Positions 29,457-43,613 are shown, counted from the stretch's first letter. The stretch: DNA of 64,000 nucleotides from Octopus vulgaris (GCA_951406725.2 OX597814.1:13888001-13952000), one strand, 5' to 3'. The notes: generated by a model not told the origin, from the letters alone. Program-made: numbers and translations.

Positions 29457-30311
29457 CATGTATATATATGCAAACATACATATGCATACATACATATGTG
29501 TGTGTTTTCGTCCTGCAATTGCTTGACAACCGATGTCGGTGTGTTTATATCCCCGTAACTTAGTGGTTCGGCATAAGGATCCGATAGAATAAGTACTAAG
29601 CTTACTAGCAATAAGTCTTTGGTCGATTTCTACGACCAAAACCCTTTTCGACGGGGCTCCCGAATGGCTGCTGCCAAATGACTGAAACGTGTAAAAGAAT
29701 ACAAAAATAGAAGGATTTTAGCATAGCAGCTATTACCTTAATGATATTTTTGAACAATGATGTAACATTTTTCACAGAAATGTGGTAAAATACTAAAATT
29801 CAAATTCATTTTATACGTATGATTGTAGGGCTACATTATCCGTTTTGCTCATTAGATGTTTTTCAACTGCCAAACTGATTTCTGATTTCACAAGTATAAT
29901 CTTCGAAGTGTGACGAGTTTCATTAAAGGTTAGCATCTTCCAGAAGTGTAGATATTTCTTTCTTTAGTGTGTATGATTTTCTTCCTTTTATATTAATTTT
30001 TTAAACATTTCACTATTCAATACGACCACAAAAAAGTTGCTATTTTGCTCACGTCAAACAGTTCTTTACAATTCTTTTTGTTCGATTCAAACTGTTCTTT
30101 CCTGTATTTTTTGTTCGAGTCAAATCTTTACAGTTTTTCTTTTTAATTTTGTCTATATGTATAGGTTGATGTGGATATATGTGTATGTGAGATAGATTTT
30201 ACCTATGTGGGATAGGCTTGGTCTTTCCTCCATTTGAGGTCGAAAAAATAAGTACCAGTTGAACACATGGTTGGCTTAATCCTCTTAACCCCTCTTCTGA
30301 AATTGTTGTCT

Positions 30312-30503
30312 TTGTACCAAAATATATGTGCCTTTTACTTTCGTGCACAGGTGTACGTCAGTGCTATTTATATCAGGACCTGTTTCTGCGTTTCCTATGT
30401 ACGTGTGATTGTACCAAAATATATGTGCCTTTTACTTTCGTGCACAGGTGTACGTCAGTGCTATTTATATCAGGACCTGTTTCTGCGTTTCCTATGTACG
30501 TGT
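30312..30503. repeat. 97-bp-period near-perfect tandem duplication
   Basis: ttgtaccaaaatatatgtgcc..tttcctatgtacgtgt at 30312 and 30409; begins in the tail of a decayed SINE A copy. Confidence 0.95.
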
Positions 30504-31315
30504 AATTATGTATACGTATACATCACAAGAACAAACAAAATGAGAATTCCTGTAAAACTTAGCACGTTTTCAGTTTACTACAAGTCGTTAGTGCGTCGAG
30601 AATGGGAACACCTTTGATTTTCTTTTTTTCCGGGAAAAACAAGATCTTTTCATGCTTTTACGAAAGTCAGTAGTCAACGGAACCGCTGCAACTATGATAA
30701 GTATTAAAATATCTAGCCTAAATATGAGAGTTGAAATTTGCCCATCTCTTATTCATAGACGTTCTCCTTTTCCAAATTCTTGTTGCCATATTTACATGTT
30801 GCTTTATTAACATTAAAGAACAGCTTCTTTATACAACAGTGCACGACCTTTAATCGCTGGCCCAAACAACAATATCAGTCTTTTTGCTTATACATCAAGT
30901 TGCTCTTTGTATTAGAATGTTTCGTCAGTATTCTTTATTTGTAAATATATATATATATACGTTCAATTGGTCATCGGAAAATCATGTCGGTGGAAAGAGT
31001 TGAAGGTGGCATACGCGAAAATTTCATATCTCTAGGAAATGTAGTGAATTGCGGTCATTTTTAGACAGACGAAAAAGATAAGCGTAATGTATTTTTCACA
31101 CTGGTCGGCACTTTGTCTCTCGATGTGGAAGTTTAGAGACACACTTAACCTTGTGTTGATCATCAGATGTATATTAGCAATATCTTGTTTTTCGAGAAGG
31201 AAAGAGTAGCAGTCTGTTTTTGAGTTAATGTACACATCGCAGTTCGAGGAGAGGCTACTATCAAGGAATATTAATATTGCTGATATGAAGCAGTCTGCTT
31301 GGTTCTATGGTCATA

Positions 31316-32395
31316 CGAGGGTGGCCTGATAAATTTATAGGCTGACCAAGGCACTCTCATGGAATGTCACTAAATGAAGTTTATCATTATACATGATCCC
31401 CCCTACCTCTACACGCTTTTTCCATCGGTGTTGCTGTGCTTGGATAAAATTAATGAATTAAATTTTAGTCTGCTGGTCAATAAAGTCCTCAAAAAATTCT
31501 ATGACATCATTATCCCTGTGATATTTCTTCCCATCCAAGTGATTTTACATGTTAGAAAATTGTTCATAGTTAGATGGGGACAAATCAGTCGAATAGGAAC
31601 GGTGCTCAACCACATCAAGGCCACTATCATACAGGGGGCACTCATTGAAAGCAAGGACTTTTTTTCTTTAGTTTCATCTCAGAGTTGTGGCCATTCTGAT
31701 TCTCCGCCGTTTTGCTACACTGTTATTACTAAGAGCCTCCTCTAATATGTGGCACTTGGTGAAGAATGGAGATCGATATAGCTACTCTGATTTGCACCTC
31801 TTGCCGTGAGGTAGGTTCATCTGGGACTCTCGACAGGAAGAGGTCCAGCTTTGATTTCAAAAGCCCTACATCTTCTTTGTGCAATTTCCTCAGACTCTTT
31901 GGGAGAATATTAAAAAGCTGTGGGCCCTTGAAACCCAGGCTCTTTCAGTGACTGGTCCTGAAGCGTGGTGGCATTGCTGGGACCGTTGGCACTATGCAGT
32001 GTCGTCTCGTTGTGGCATTTGTGTAGCTTCCAATACATTGTCCACCTCAACCGCCTACTTGTATACTCGATCATTATCCGGATGAAACCAGATTTTTCTT
32101 GTATGTTTTGGAAACTATGAAAGAAACCAAACGGATACGTCTCGAACAATATTTCATTTTCCGCTGATGTGATCAGCTTCGAGTGCATATAATCAGGTGT
32201 CATGGGGCGAATCAACTCAACGAGCAGAAACTTTCATCATGCCAAATTCAATGCGCAGAATATTCTCAACTCCCTCATGGGATATGCTAATACTATTGGC
32301 TATTTGATTTATAATCAGTCCCCTGTTATCCATCAGCATTATCAATAGTGAATATGATCAATATTTTTCCCTGTGGTAATAGTTGCAGAACAGTT
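31316..32395 (-). mobile_element. mariner transposon remnant interrupted by a LINE fragment
   Basis: TA|CGAGGGTGGCCTGATAAATT terminus; HRSYSTDLSPSNY (YSPDLAPSD motif) at about 31560-31610; HTH-region remnant IANSISISHEGVENILRIEFGMMKVSAR at about 32220-32310. Confidence 0.8.
31670..32075 (-). mobile_element. CR1/L2-group LINE 3' fragment
   Basis: SLGFKGPQLFNILPKSLRKLHKEDVGLLKSKLDLFLSRVPDEPTSRQE; same family as 50437-50975. Confidence 0.8.
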
Positions 32396-32517
32396 CCTTA
32401 ATTTTTTTCTTTTAGATCGTCTTTAATAAATGCATTAATTTCTGTCTAGTGTTGAACTTCTTTTGTAGTTCCTTCTTCTGCCTCTCAGGCACCCTGTTCT
32501 TTTCTATGGATGCATTA

Positions 32518-32520
<3 letters not shown>

Positions 32521-32606
<86 letters not shown>

Positions 32607-32618
32607 TTGTGTGTGTGT
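32521..32618. repeat. (GT)n microsatellite
   Basis: Direct reading. Confidence 0.98.
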
Positions 32619-32939
32619 ATAAATATATGGAGACGAGAAAGACTTTAACACATCTTTAATGATCAGCTGCAGTTGATTCTGCTTTCAACGCAAGTTCACG
32701 CAAAAGATCATAAAAAAGGAAATGAATGCAATATTTGCGGTTTTATAGATTAGAGTGGCATTTCCTCAGACCCAAATCAAAGATGCGATCTTACATTGTG
32801 AATCTGTCAGACATTTTTCTTTTTTTTATGTTGTCAGGATACAAGAAGCAAAGAAATGTGAAAATGTAAATAGAATGGATCAGAGTAGATGAAGTTATGG
32901 TTAAGCCAAGAAGAAACAGTAGAAATGGAAGGAGAGACG

Positions 32940-33097
32940 AAGAATGAGAAGAAGAAAAAGAAGAAGAAGAAGAAGAAGAAGATACAGAAGAGGGAGGAGA
33001 AGAAGAAGAAGAAGAAGAAGAAGAAGAAGAAGAAGATACAGAAGAGGGAGGAGAAGAAGAAGAAGAAGAAGAAGAAGATACAGAAGAGGGAGGAGAA

Positions 33098-33128
<31 letters not shown>

Positions 33129-33650
33129 GAGGAGGAGGAGGAGGAGAGAATAAGAAGGAGGAGGATGAGGAGAAGAAGAAGAAGAAGAAGAAGAAGAAGA
33201 AGATACAGAAGAGGGAGGAGAAGAAGAAGAAGAAGAAGAAGAAGAAAAAGAAAAAAAGAAGAAGAAGAAGAAGGAGGAGGAAGTGGAGGAGGAGAGAAGA
33301 AGAAGAAGGAGAAGAAGAAGAAGAAGATACAGAAGAGGGAGGAGAAGAAGAAGAAGAAGAAGAAGAAGAAGAAGAAAAAGAAAAAGAAGAAGAAGAAGGG
33401 GAAGAAAAAGAAAAAGAAGAAGAAGAGGAATAAGGAGGAGGAGGAGGAGGAGGAGAAGAAGAAGAAGAAGAGAAAGGAGAAGAAGAAGAAGAAGAAGAAG
33501 AAGAAGAAGAAGAAGAAGAAAAAGAAAAAGAAAAAGAAGAAGAAGCGGAATAAGGAGGAGGAGGAGGAGGAGGAGGAGGAGAAGAAGAAGAAGTAGAAGA
33601 GGAAGGAGAAGAAGAAGAAGAAGAAGAAGAAGAAGAAGAAGAAGAAGAAC
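32940..33650. repeat. ~700-bp (GAA/GAG)n polypurine array with higher-order units
   Basis: Recurrent spacers gatacagaagagggaggag (5 copies) and ggaataaggaggag. Confidence 0.95.
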
Positions 33651-33937
33651 GGTGGGCGAGAAGAAGATAGCGGGAATGAATAGCTGAGTAGAAATAGGCG
33701 GTTGATGTGGACGATGACGAGTAATCATACAATTGCCATTATCATGTTATATTGGCTGAGTGACAAGTTGTGTCAGTTTAGGCCTAGCGACAATATAAAA
33801 TTAAAGAAAATTACAAACAGAAAAGAAGTGTGAATTTAAAAAGAATAACATCAACGACTGCGAGAATACTAATAATGAGAAGAAAATGATAAGAAGAAAT
33901 TGATGATACTACTTCCACAATGATTAATAAAAAATAC

Positions 33938-34955
33938 TAGTCACCGAGCGCGCGTAAACGAAAGCGAGGCATTGTAATCATTCCTCTTTGTCTGTTTATT
34001 TGTGTGTTTGCAAATTCACCGGAGAACAGTAGGACGGATTTTCACCAAATTTGGAAGATATACTCATTGGGTGAGTGGCTCGAAATGCTGAACATTTGTT
34101 TTGATTATCTTTACCAAAAAAAAAACCGAAGTTACAAATTTCCCGATAAGAAGTGGTCGTTGATTTGTTCACGTTCTTTTTCATATGCATCGACCCTCGT
34201 CTGAGGGTGTATAGATCATGACATACCTATGCACATAGACACGTGTGTATATATATTTCTTTACTACCCACAAGGGGCTAAACATAGAGGGGACAAACAA
34301 AGGGATTAAGTCGATTATATCGACCCCAGTGCGTAACTGGTACTTAATTTATCGACCCCGAAAGGATGAAAGGCAAAGTCGACCTCGGCGGAATTTGAAC
34401 CCAGAACACGTGACAGCAGACGAAATACGGCTACGCATTTCGCCCTGCGTGCTAACGATTGTGCCAGCTCGCATATACACATATAAGGATGTGACTGTCT
34501 GTATGTGCACGCGCTTACATGAGTGTGCGTGTGTGCGTACAGTGATAGATTCAAGGGTTTCCTTTATTTAGGACTTGATTTCTTAATATCACCTATAATA
34601 ATTCTTTTAATCGAACTTACAAATTTCCCGATAAGCAAGTGGTCATATATTTCACCTACTTTCTTTTTCATATAAATCGACCGTTGTCTGCGTGTGCATA
34701 GACTATGGTTTGTACCTATGCATGTAGCCACGCGTGCATAAGTTAATACACATGCGACATATGTGCGCACCGATGGATTAGAGGGTTTCGTTTACTTACG
34801 TGCTGATTTCTTAATTTCACTGGAGTATAAGTAACTTAATGTTGATATTAAAAACAAATTAAAAAAAATCATGGATAAACAACCCGTTGCAAGCCTCACT
34901 ATACTTTAGGAAAACACTTAACTGCGCGCACGGTATGCATCGCCCCTCCAATAGC
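33938..34955 (+). mobile_element. Helentron/DINE-1-like non-autonomous element with internal duplication
   Basis: Subterminal inverted motif ACCGAGCGCGC (33943) / GCGCGCACGGT (34924); tctgt-like tract followed by acggattttcaccaaatttgg; duplicated unit ttacaaatttcccgataag at about 34132 and 34617. Confidence 0.55.
34254..34472 (-). mobile_element. SINE family A
   Basis: Reverse complement of the 26714-26940 sequence. Confidence 0.9.
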
Positions 34956-35386
34956 TTTTCTTTTCATACCAAAATTGATAATCTGGAAGATAATAATAAG
35001 AATAATGGGAGTAGAGACAGATATTATAAAGGAGGCTGCTGCAACACAAATGTTAGTGGTTATGACTAAAAGAAGATAGAGTTATGGCTGTTCGGCGAAG
35101 TACGACGGAGATAGGAAACAAACACATGAGTAAAGGGGAGGATGGAAATGAAGCTAACAGTGGTACACCTGGTGACTCTAGAATGTGATATGAGAAGGAA
35201 TTAAAGAAAAAGTTAGTAGGGTGCACCTTAATCAGTTAATACATAAACTAATGTATGGTAAAACTTATATGTTACTTTTGAACGAATATTGAACTGAGAT
35301 GGATTCATATTAAAATCAAAATTAAAATTAGACATAGGGTCTACTCATATATAAATATATATATATATGTATATACTCGCTCTCTC

Positions 35387-35748
35387 TCTTTTACTCTTGT
35401 ACTTTTTTCAGTCATATGTCTGCGGCCATGCTGGAGCATCGCCTTTAGTGGAGCAAATCGACCCAAGGACTTATTCCTTGTAAGCTGAGTACTTCTTCTA
35501 TCGGATTATTTTGCCGAACTGCTAAGTTACGCGGATGTAAACACACCAGCATCGGTTGTCAAGTGTAACACAAACACATATACACATATATATACATATA
35601 ATATACATATATACGACGGGCTTCTTTCATATTCCGTCTACCAAATCCACTCACAAGTCTCTAGTAGAATACACTTGCCAATGCAGTGGGACTGAACCTG
35701 GAACCATGTGGTTGGTGAGCAAGCTACTTACCACATAGCCACGCCTGC
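35387..35748 (-). mobile_element. SINE family B, near full length
   Basis: tRNA-like head, short internal (CA/TA) tract, 3' end cagtcat..ctgcggccatgctggagcatcgcc. Confidence 0.88.
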
Positions 35749-38700
35749 ATATATATATATATACGTGTGTGTGGGAGAGAGAGAGGAGGAGGTGTGCGTT
35801 ATATTCACACAACCAGCTCTTGCTTTGTATCGCATTTTGTATGACGCGATAGATTTTGTATGTAAGTGGATCATATTGACTTTAGTAATAATTATTTTCA
35901 TTATCATTTAATGATCATTTCCAATGTATTTGTTGTTTTTACTGACTGTGTTCTTATCCACAAGATGGAAATTTAATAATCATATTAGCTATAATAATCA
36001 TATCAATTAATACTATTTGGGAAATATGTAAAGTAAAATAAAACTCCAGAAAACAACCTCAAAGAAAGAATAATGGTCGCATTTTAAAAGCCATTATGGT
36101 ATTTTAATTTCCTGAAATTCATTCAGTAATAATGCAATCCTATTAGCAGCGATTTAATTGCTACATTTCACATGTGGAGAAATATACGGGACGTATACGG
36201 ATTTTATTCAAATAAGCTTCAGATTGTATTTGCAGACCCTAATCGGTAAAATCGGATAGAAATTATACGATATGAACTGGCTTAATTTAAACCTAACCAA
36301 CTATCCCTTATACTTAGCGAAAATAAACTTGGTGTTAAGATATTCATGCCTTACTGAAAGCTATTAATCATCTGAAGATAATGGAATGCACACATGAATT
36401 GAAGATGTTTCACCGGTGCTTCACCCTGTTAGTTTATCTCTTTCACACGAACATTAAAACCGCAACTGAATTTACTGGTGTCTTTTGATGAGTTAAAAGA
36501 GCAATCGCTTAAAAATATTCTATATTCAATAAGATGCTTTTAGTTATGTTATACAAATATATTGGAATATACTAAAATATAGTCTATAATAAAAGAAATT
36601 ATATTCATTGCAGAACAGTTTGTGTTTAGATCTAAGGGAACGAACAGAAATACTAGTTCAAGCGTGTATAATTTCTGAGAAAATATCGCCTTTGAGATAG
36701 AACAAATATTGATTATGTGTAAGTTTATCTGATTACTTGTTGTTTATGCGTTATTTCTTTCTTTTGACTATGTTGAGGGAATAGAAAAGTGGTTCTTTCG
36801 AAGTTCACATCTTTTACAGGTACATTGATTAAATAAATAAGAGATGATCAGGAAACTTGCGAAAATCTATGGTCATGAGATGTCCTTCATACAAAATAAA
36901 CACGGGTAATTTTTAAATAGAAACGAAATTAAACAAAATGAACGAAAATCTGACTGAAGCTCGAAGCGACTAATATATTGATTTAGTGTATACGTTTGCA
37001 GTGCTAACAATCTGACGTTAGCCTATATAAGGGGGAAAATACGACGTTAGGACTATTGTCCTAGTCGCAATATGTCCATAGATTTGTTTATGCGTATAGA
37101 TATGTTGACTTGAACCATTATACATGTATTTCTAAATAGTTAATTATGTACTAATTTCTATATTGTGTCTATCACAAAATGCACGTCACTATATTCGAAA
37201 CAGTTTGCAATAGACATATCAAAACAACCCATTAAACCTAGATTTATGTAGGCACTCCACATTTAAGGCACTTGTTTCGACACAGGAAATTCCTGATTGA
37301 TAACCATCATTATGAAAAGTTTTGAAGCCATTATTAACGAGTCTTTTTACCACATAGATTTTATAAGTTCTATAGTAAACAACTTTTTTCTTATTCCGAG
37401 TTTGTGATTTGAGAAGAGATTGACTGCTCTTATAACATGCTATGTAGTCAATTACAGCCAATGAGTAAACCTTGATGTTTTACTTTTAGCGATTTTTCTG
37501 CTGCTGGATTATTAATTTTCAGAATGGTATATTGCTTTCCCTTTATCTTTTCCAATAAATTTGAACGTCTTGAAGCATCTGGCTTTACAAACGGAAGTAA
37601 CCAATATATATATTTATTTCTAAAACTCTGGAATATGATTCTGGTAATGAGTCGGGGTTCTTTGCTTGACTTCACACTCTTACTTAGGAATCATTCTTCC
37701 CCTCCCGAAATCCACCTTGACAATCATAAATAAATTATTACATCCATTTTAGAACAAATTTTGCTCAAACTTCACATAATTGTATACGTTACTTATGTCC
37801 ATTGCTGCGATGTAAGAAACGTCTGTAATCTTCCGAAGCATTTCATGGAATAAACTTGTCAAATCTAGGTTCACGTGCCATTCGAATAGCAATCGATTAA
37901 CATTCACCAGCCATTCGAATAGCAATCTATTCTACTCCATATGTTGTAAACGTTAATTTACTTTGTTATAGCATTGCTAAAATAACACATATAAATCTTC
38001 ATATTTAATGTTATCATATATGAATCCACATTGAATTCTTAAATGATAGTAAGTTAATTTTTTTCATATTCAAGTTCAGATCAACATTCTCAGAATAGAA
38101 TGCAAAAGATAATCAGAAAATTCCCATACATGAAAGTGTGAAATGGAATTATCATTGCATGTTAGCTAAATCTATAACACATAAAAATCTTTAAAAATGA
38201 AACATTTCTATCGATTTTGTTTAATCTTTAATTTGGAAGACAAAACTTGTTTGCAAACTAGTCCTCAAATTACCTGTTCAGTAATATCCACACCATTTTA
38301 TGTTATACAGACCAGCCAATCACACATCACAACTGGTATTAATAATTAATAAATTAAGCAAAGGAACATGCTATTTATATATATTTATAAAATTATAATC
38401 TAAGAAGTTTTTTATTAGTGAATATACCAGTATAGTTGTATATAAGCTAAGTATGATTTTATAGCAATACAAAAATTAGATTAATTTTATAAATAAATAG
38501 AGGCTAATTTTAAAATAATAAAGAAATGAAATAACATTCGTCAAGTAGGGCAGAACACCATGAAAAGTAAACAAAATATCTTAATTACTAATACTATGGT
38601 AAAGTATATGTAGCTTATTAACAGCAATAGAGAAGGTTTTTAGAAAAAAATATAATTCAAAATATATTAGACTAAAAATTATCTATTTACTTATTTAGCT

Positions 38701-39366
38701 AATATCAATAAAAGACTGATCTGTGGTATCAGCTAAAGGAATACATAAGTTATGGAATAATCATGTTTTACACTTATCTGGGGTTTTTTAAACTAAGGGT
38801 TATATTATAGGTGTAAGAAGTTATTATTGTTACTCCCTATATGATATTTATAGTTCCTTAGTGGTACTTGTTTAGAAGGTATATTTACAAAGCCCTTATA
38901 AATACTGAGATCAAGAGTGTAGAATCATTGGAGAAAGAGATAAACGAAGTAATTTCTAAAGATCATTTCAAACAATATTGTCTTATTCGATAAAGTTAAC
39001 ATTTAGGTAATCCAGAAGATTATTAAGAATGAAATTTTAACAAAACAATAAAACTTATTTGAATAAATTGAGTATATACCAATTTTTACCACAATAGAGG
39101 GAGGAAAAGAAAATTGCAAAGAAATAGTTTAATATTTATTTATTTATTACTTATATAATATTAACTTATATGGTGTCTATGGAGAGTAGTCAATTGGATT
39201 TAACTGGTACTTAATAAGGGAGCAACTGAGAATAAAGACCATGTAAACTATATACTAATTTAATTAAGTTGAACTATTTTAAGTTGTCGAGATGCTAGTA
39301 TTACCTTATATAAGCTGAGTTCGAATTAATAGACGTACAAAGATTAGATTTATTTAAGGCTACTAT

Positions 39367-39367
39367 A

Positions 39368-39443
<76 letters not shown>
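39367..39443. repeat. (TAA)n microsatellite
   Basis: Direct reading. Confidence 0.98.
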
Positions 39444-39445
<2 letters not shown>

Positions 39446-39448
39446 CTT

Positions 39449-39500
39449 ATGTTGGTCTTTTCTCCGCCATGCTGGTCTTTTCTCCGCCATGTTGGTCTTT
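39449..39500. repeat. 20-bp tandem repeat, 2.6 copies
   Basis: atg(t/c)tggtcttttctccgcc. Confidence 0.95.
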
Positions 39501-42500
39501 ACACCTTATGTTTGTTCTCAGGGATATGAGCGGGTATGGTCGAGCTACTCCATTAATCTGGTGGTGCTTTTTCCCGCGCAGAGATGAGGGTGAGTGGTCC
39601 CCGCTTAGTGACCTGGTGGGGTAGAATCTACTAAGGTCAAATTGTCTCGGTAGTTACAGCCATAACTTAGTTTAATTAGGAAGCTCACTTCCCCCGTGTT
39701 GACTTCGCAGAACTCTACCGCACTCTCACAGATAATCTCGATGTATTTCTCCATAGCAAAATCTATGTCTATAAATGTGTATACGGGAGATATGAAGTAA
39801 AGACACCTACCTTCTCTTCGTCGATGCAGACATCTCAGGTGGTAACGCACCCTTCCACGCGGTCCGACCCGAAACTAAAAATAACAGCTGCTTTTCCCTT
39901 ACCTTGTCGAAGCTCTCACACATCCAGCCCTGTCGGCCACCCCTATCGAAAAGGCCTAATGCTCCCCTGCCTGCGCGCGCGTCACTCCTGCGCCCTACCT
40001 CTTCCGGTCAGCCTCAACTTCCGGTTAGCTCCCCAGCTGCTGAAGTCATCTCACTACTCAAAGGCATTTACTTCATCTGTATCCTGCTGTACTGCACCGT
40101 ATATTCCAGGGGCAAGGGATGGTGTTTAACATATAATATTGGCGTTTTGTGTTTGCAATTGCGAGTATGGTTTTCGGTTAGAGTAAACCTCACGTGTAAA
40201 CAGAAATTGGAGTATTATAGAGACTTGGAATTTTGTCAGCTATTTTGCAGAACTGTAATTGCATCTGTTTAACATTTGGGTTTAAAGATTGGAAAACGTT
40301 CAATATTTTTCTTAGTGAACAAGAAAAAATTATAAGAAATAGGAGTTTTTGTTGTTACACATTAAAAAAAGCGTTTCTTGTTACACATTAAAAAATCATA
40401 TTTGTATATCAAGGATGTTACAATGATTTGGGATTTATCCTTTGGACAATATGAAACACCATTGAATTTAATATCCTCATATATTTGACCAGATAACAAA
40501 TTCCCTTATAATCCTTTTGCATATCGATTGACCAGTGGGCATAATAAAAATTATTATCTTGATGCAATACTGACTTCAAACAGCATAAATGTCTGATACA
40601 CATCTAAAAGTCTGTAAAGACTGCCTTTATACCCTGAAGATTATATACCATTGTTATTTTAATACTCGAGGTCGGAAAGAGATTCTGAAAGATTCAACAA
40701 TAACATTGATTCTTTATTAAAAAGATATATCAAAGGATCTGTTCCCCATACATCTCATGTTTGAAAAATCACGGAGATAATCATATACAGTAGTGTAATA
40801 ATATATAAACAAATTTTCTTATTAAGAATACCTACAACCGGAGCAACATTGTGATATGTATAGCAGTATTCCATTCAAGCTTTTTGGAAGCCGATATTGG
40901 AAATTATGACAATAGTACTACACAATATTGGCTCAAATAAAAGACGGGTAAATATTTTGACTGTTCAAATGACTATGGTTAAATACCTTCAAATTCAGAA
41001 AGACCACAGCTACAAAGCTTTATAGATCTTTTACAACATATTCTTTGAATAGGAGGGAGAATGAAATATGTAGCCATTTTTGTATAAGTCCAGGATTATA
41101 TATATCTTGCTGAAAAGGAAACGATGACATGCATTTGTTTTCTATGTATCAAAGAAATCAATTGCGATGTGAGAAAAATGAGTCGGTTAAAATATTGTTA
41201 TAGAAATAACTCTCATTCACAAATGTTTTGAACTGCATGGTTTCTGCCAAAAACAAGTTGATAATTGATCTGGGTGTAAATATTCTAATTAATGGAATGA
41301 TGTACTCTGTAGAAGAGAATACACGCATTCATTAGACGATGTCTTCATTGTATTTTTTTAGAGTATCATGGACCTTTATATTCTGGAATAGGTCAACTAA
41401 TATATGAATCAATAAATGACTATACACACACACGCGTACACAACACAACCACACACACATAAACACGCACACATGCATATATCGTTGCTATTATGTTAAA
41501 CTGACGTATGTCCAAATGCGGTTTTTTTCAATATTCATTTTTACTTGCAATAGCAGGTTCTTTTGGTCAAACTATCGTATCTCCAGCTGCTTTAGATGTT
41601 ATGATATCAGAAATTGTCAAAGTGTAGTACAACAGTTTTCCTTTATGATGGTGAAATTATTTTTTCGTTTTCTGAAGGAGCAACACTTTGGCCTTACAAC
41701 ACTTTTTCATAATAATAAAGATGTGTGTGTGTGTGTGTGTGTGTGTGTGATATGTCGATACGTCGAAATGCATGGTCCGAATATATTTTTGCACTTCCTC
41801 AGCGTCAATATAATGTATTGATAACGGATGGTACCAAAGCTTTAAACATATTAAAGCCACATATATATGTAATTTAGTCATATGTTTGAATATTATCTTA
41901 TCAAATGTAATTATATAATTATATAAAGTATAACTCTCAGCATTCATCACATCTAATTTGTTGAATTACAACCTTCTAATGATGATATATTTCACATACA
42001 GAATCAGCAGATTAGAATAAAAATGGCTCAAAGATGGTGAATATATACAGAATATTCTTGACTCATTTGTTTCGAGATTAACAGTCTAAATATATTTGTA
42101 TTGAATTAATAGAGGATATTCGGACTAAATTTAGCATTTTGAATAAAAGGAAACTAAAGCACACTATTCTATTAAAATGCCAAAATGTCTTTCAAAGACA
42201 TCAAAGCATATTAACTACTTTCTTGCTAGGAAATAACAGTTTCCTTAAAGTAGCCACTCTCCAGTCTGAAGGCTGACCTTGGCCAAAAGCTCGTCCTTAT
42301 TGTTGCAGGCAGATCGGTTGATACCTTTCTCAACTTTGTACTAATCCACGGGTTTACAATCGGCGGAATTAGAATGTAAGAAACTGTGGAAGGTGATGTT
42401 ATACAAATTTTAGTATGCTGGAGTTTTGAATAGGAATGCCTCCTAAGTTTTATGGTGTTGGTTTTTTTTTTCTTTTTCAGATATTACTTCCAAGACATGT

Positions 42501-43210
42501 TTTCAGCGCCAGAGATTACAATCAGCAATTACATGTTTTTCAAAATTACAATTGTTTATCCTTTTCTTTGCACATATAGTTTTAAAGTGCTTTGCGCTGA
42601 ATGTTTTCATTTGCAAGTTATTTTTTCTAGAAATATATACTTCCAGCATAGGAGGCTGTGATTCTACACAAAATATAGCCCTAGTATTTAGGGTAAAATC
42701 TAAGATTTAAAATTAGGTTTAGGTTTGGGATTCTAAGGTGAGGGAGGAGGATTAATATATAATATTGGTATTTGGTTTTTGCCATTGTAATTATGGTTTT
42801 AGCTTACAGTAAAAATCACGTTTACACAGACATGGGAGTATTAAAGAGACTTGGACTTTTTGGCACCTATTTTGCAGAATTGAAATTGCATCTGTTTAAG
42901 ATTTGGGAAACTGTGCTATTATATAGAAGAAAAAGTTCTACAACGTATTTTAAATCTGAAATTTCGCTGAGTGTTTTTCTAAAAGATTCACTATAAATTG
43001 AAATTAATTGCTTGCAATGTTTTTGCTAAATCCTTGAGGCGAGTTTTGAACACAGTCAACGACGTGTATTTCAGCTATTTTACAAATGTATATATATATA
43101 TATAGATAGATGTGTGTGTGTGTATATGTGAGTGCCTGTGTGTGTGTATGTGTATATGTGTACGTATGCATCTACGTACGTCTCTCTCTCTCCCTCTATC
43201 TCTATCTCTT

Positions 43211-43253
<43 letters not shown>

Positions 43254-43254
43254 G

Positions 43255-43465
43255 TCTTTCAAAATGTGACCTCGTGTGTACCGTTGTCGATTTTTTTCCC
43301 TCTGTCTTCCCTCCTCGGGATCTTTCCTTCTCCTATGTTTCCGACGAAGAGCTCCGCTCGAAACGTTAAACCGTCCTTCTTCCCTTCTTTCCTGAGCGTC
43401 CAATAATACTATATTTGTTCCACGTCCTCGAGTTGTTGTATTTTTTTGTCGTTTCTTGTTTAGAT

Positions 43466-43470
<5 letters not shown>
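43255..43470 (+). mobile_element. PLE pLTR fragment with HHR-like motif
   Basis: gttt CCGACGA A GAGC-TCC-GCTC GAAAC GTT aaac at 43337-43371; (TA)n on both sides. Confidence 0.78.
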
Positions 43471-43521
<51 letters not shown>

Positions 43522-43613
43522 TATATATATATGTATATGATAAACGTGCTTGTATGTATATATCTATGTACACATATATATATACATATATATATATAGA
43601 TATATATATATAC

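Noticed and set aside
32791-33732. Longest ORFs (313, 275 and 235 aa)
   Set aside because: Translations of the GAA/GAG array (poly-S, L, K, R); not genes.
37219-37725. Possible LINE RT remnant (QGGFREGK on the minus strand)
   Set aside because: Only one short motif; downstream RT motifs were not recoverable.
38350-39360. Very AT-rich stretch resembling a mitochondrial insertion
   Set aside because: No recognisable rRNA, tRNA or mitochondrial protein motif.
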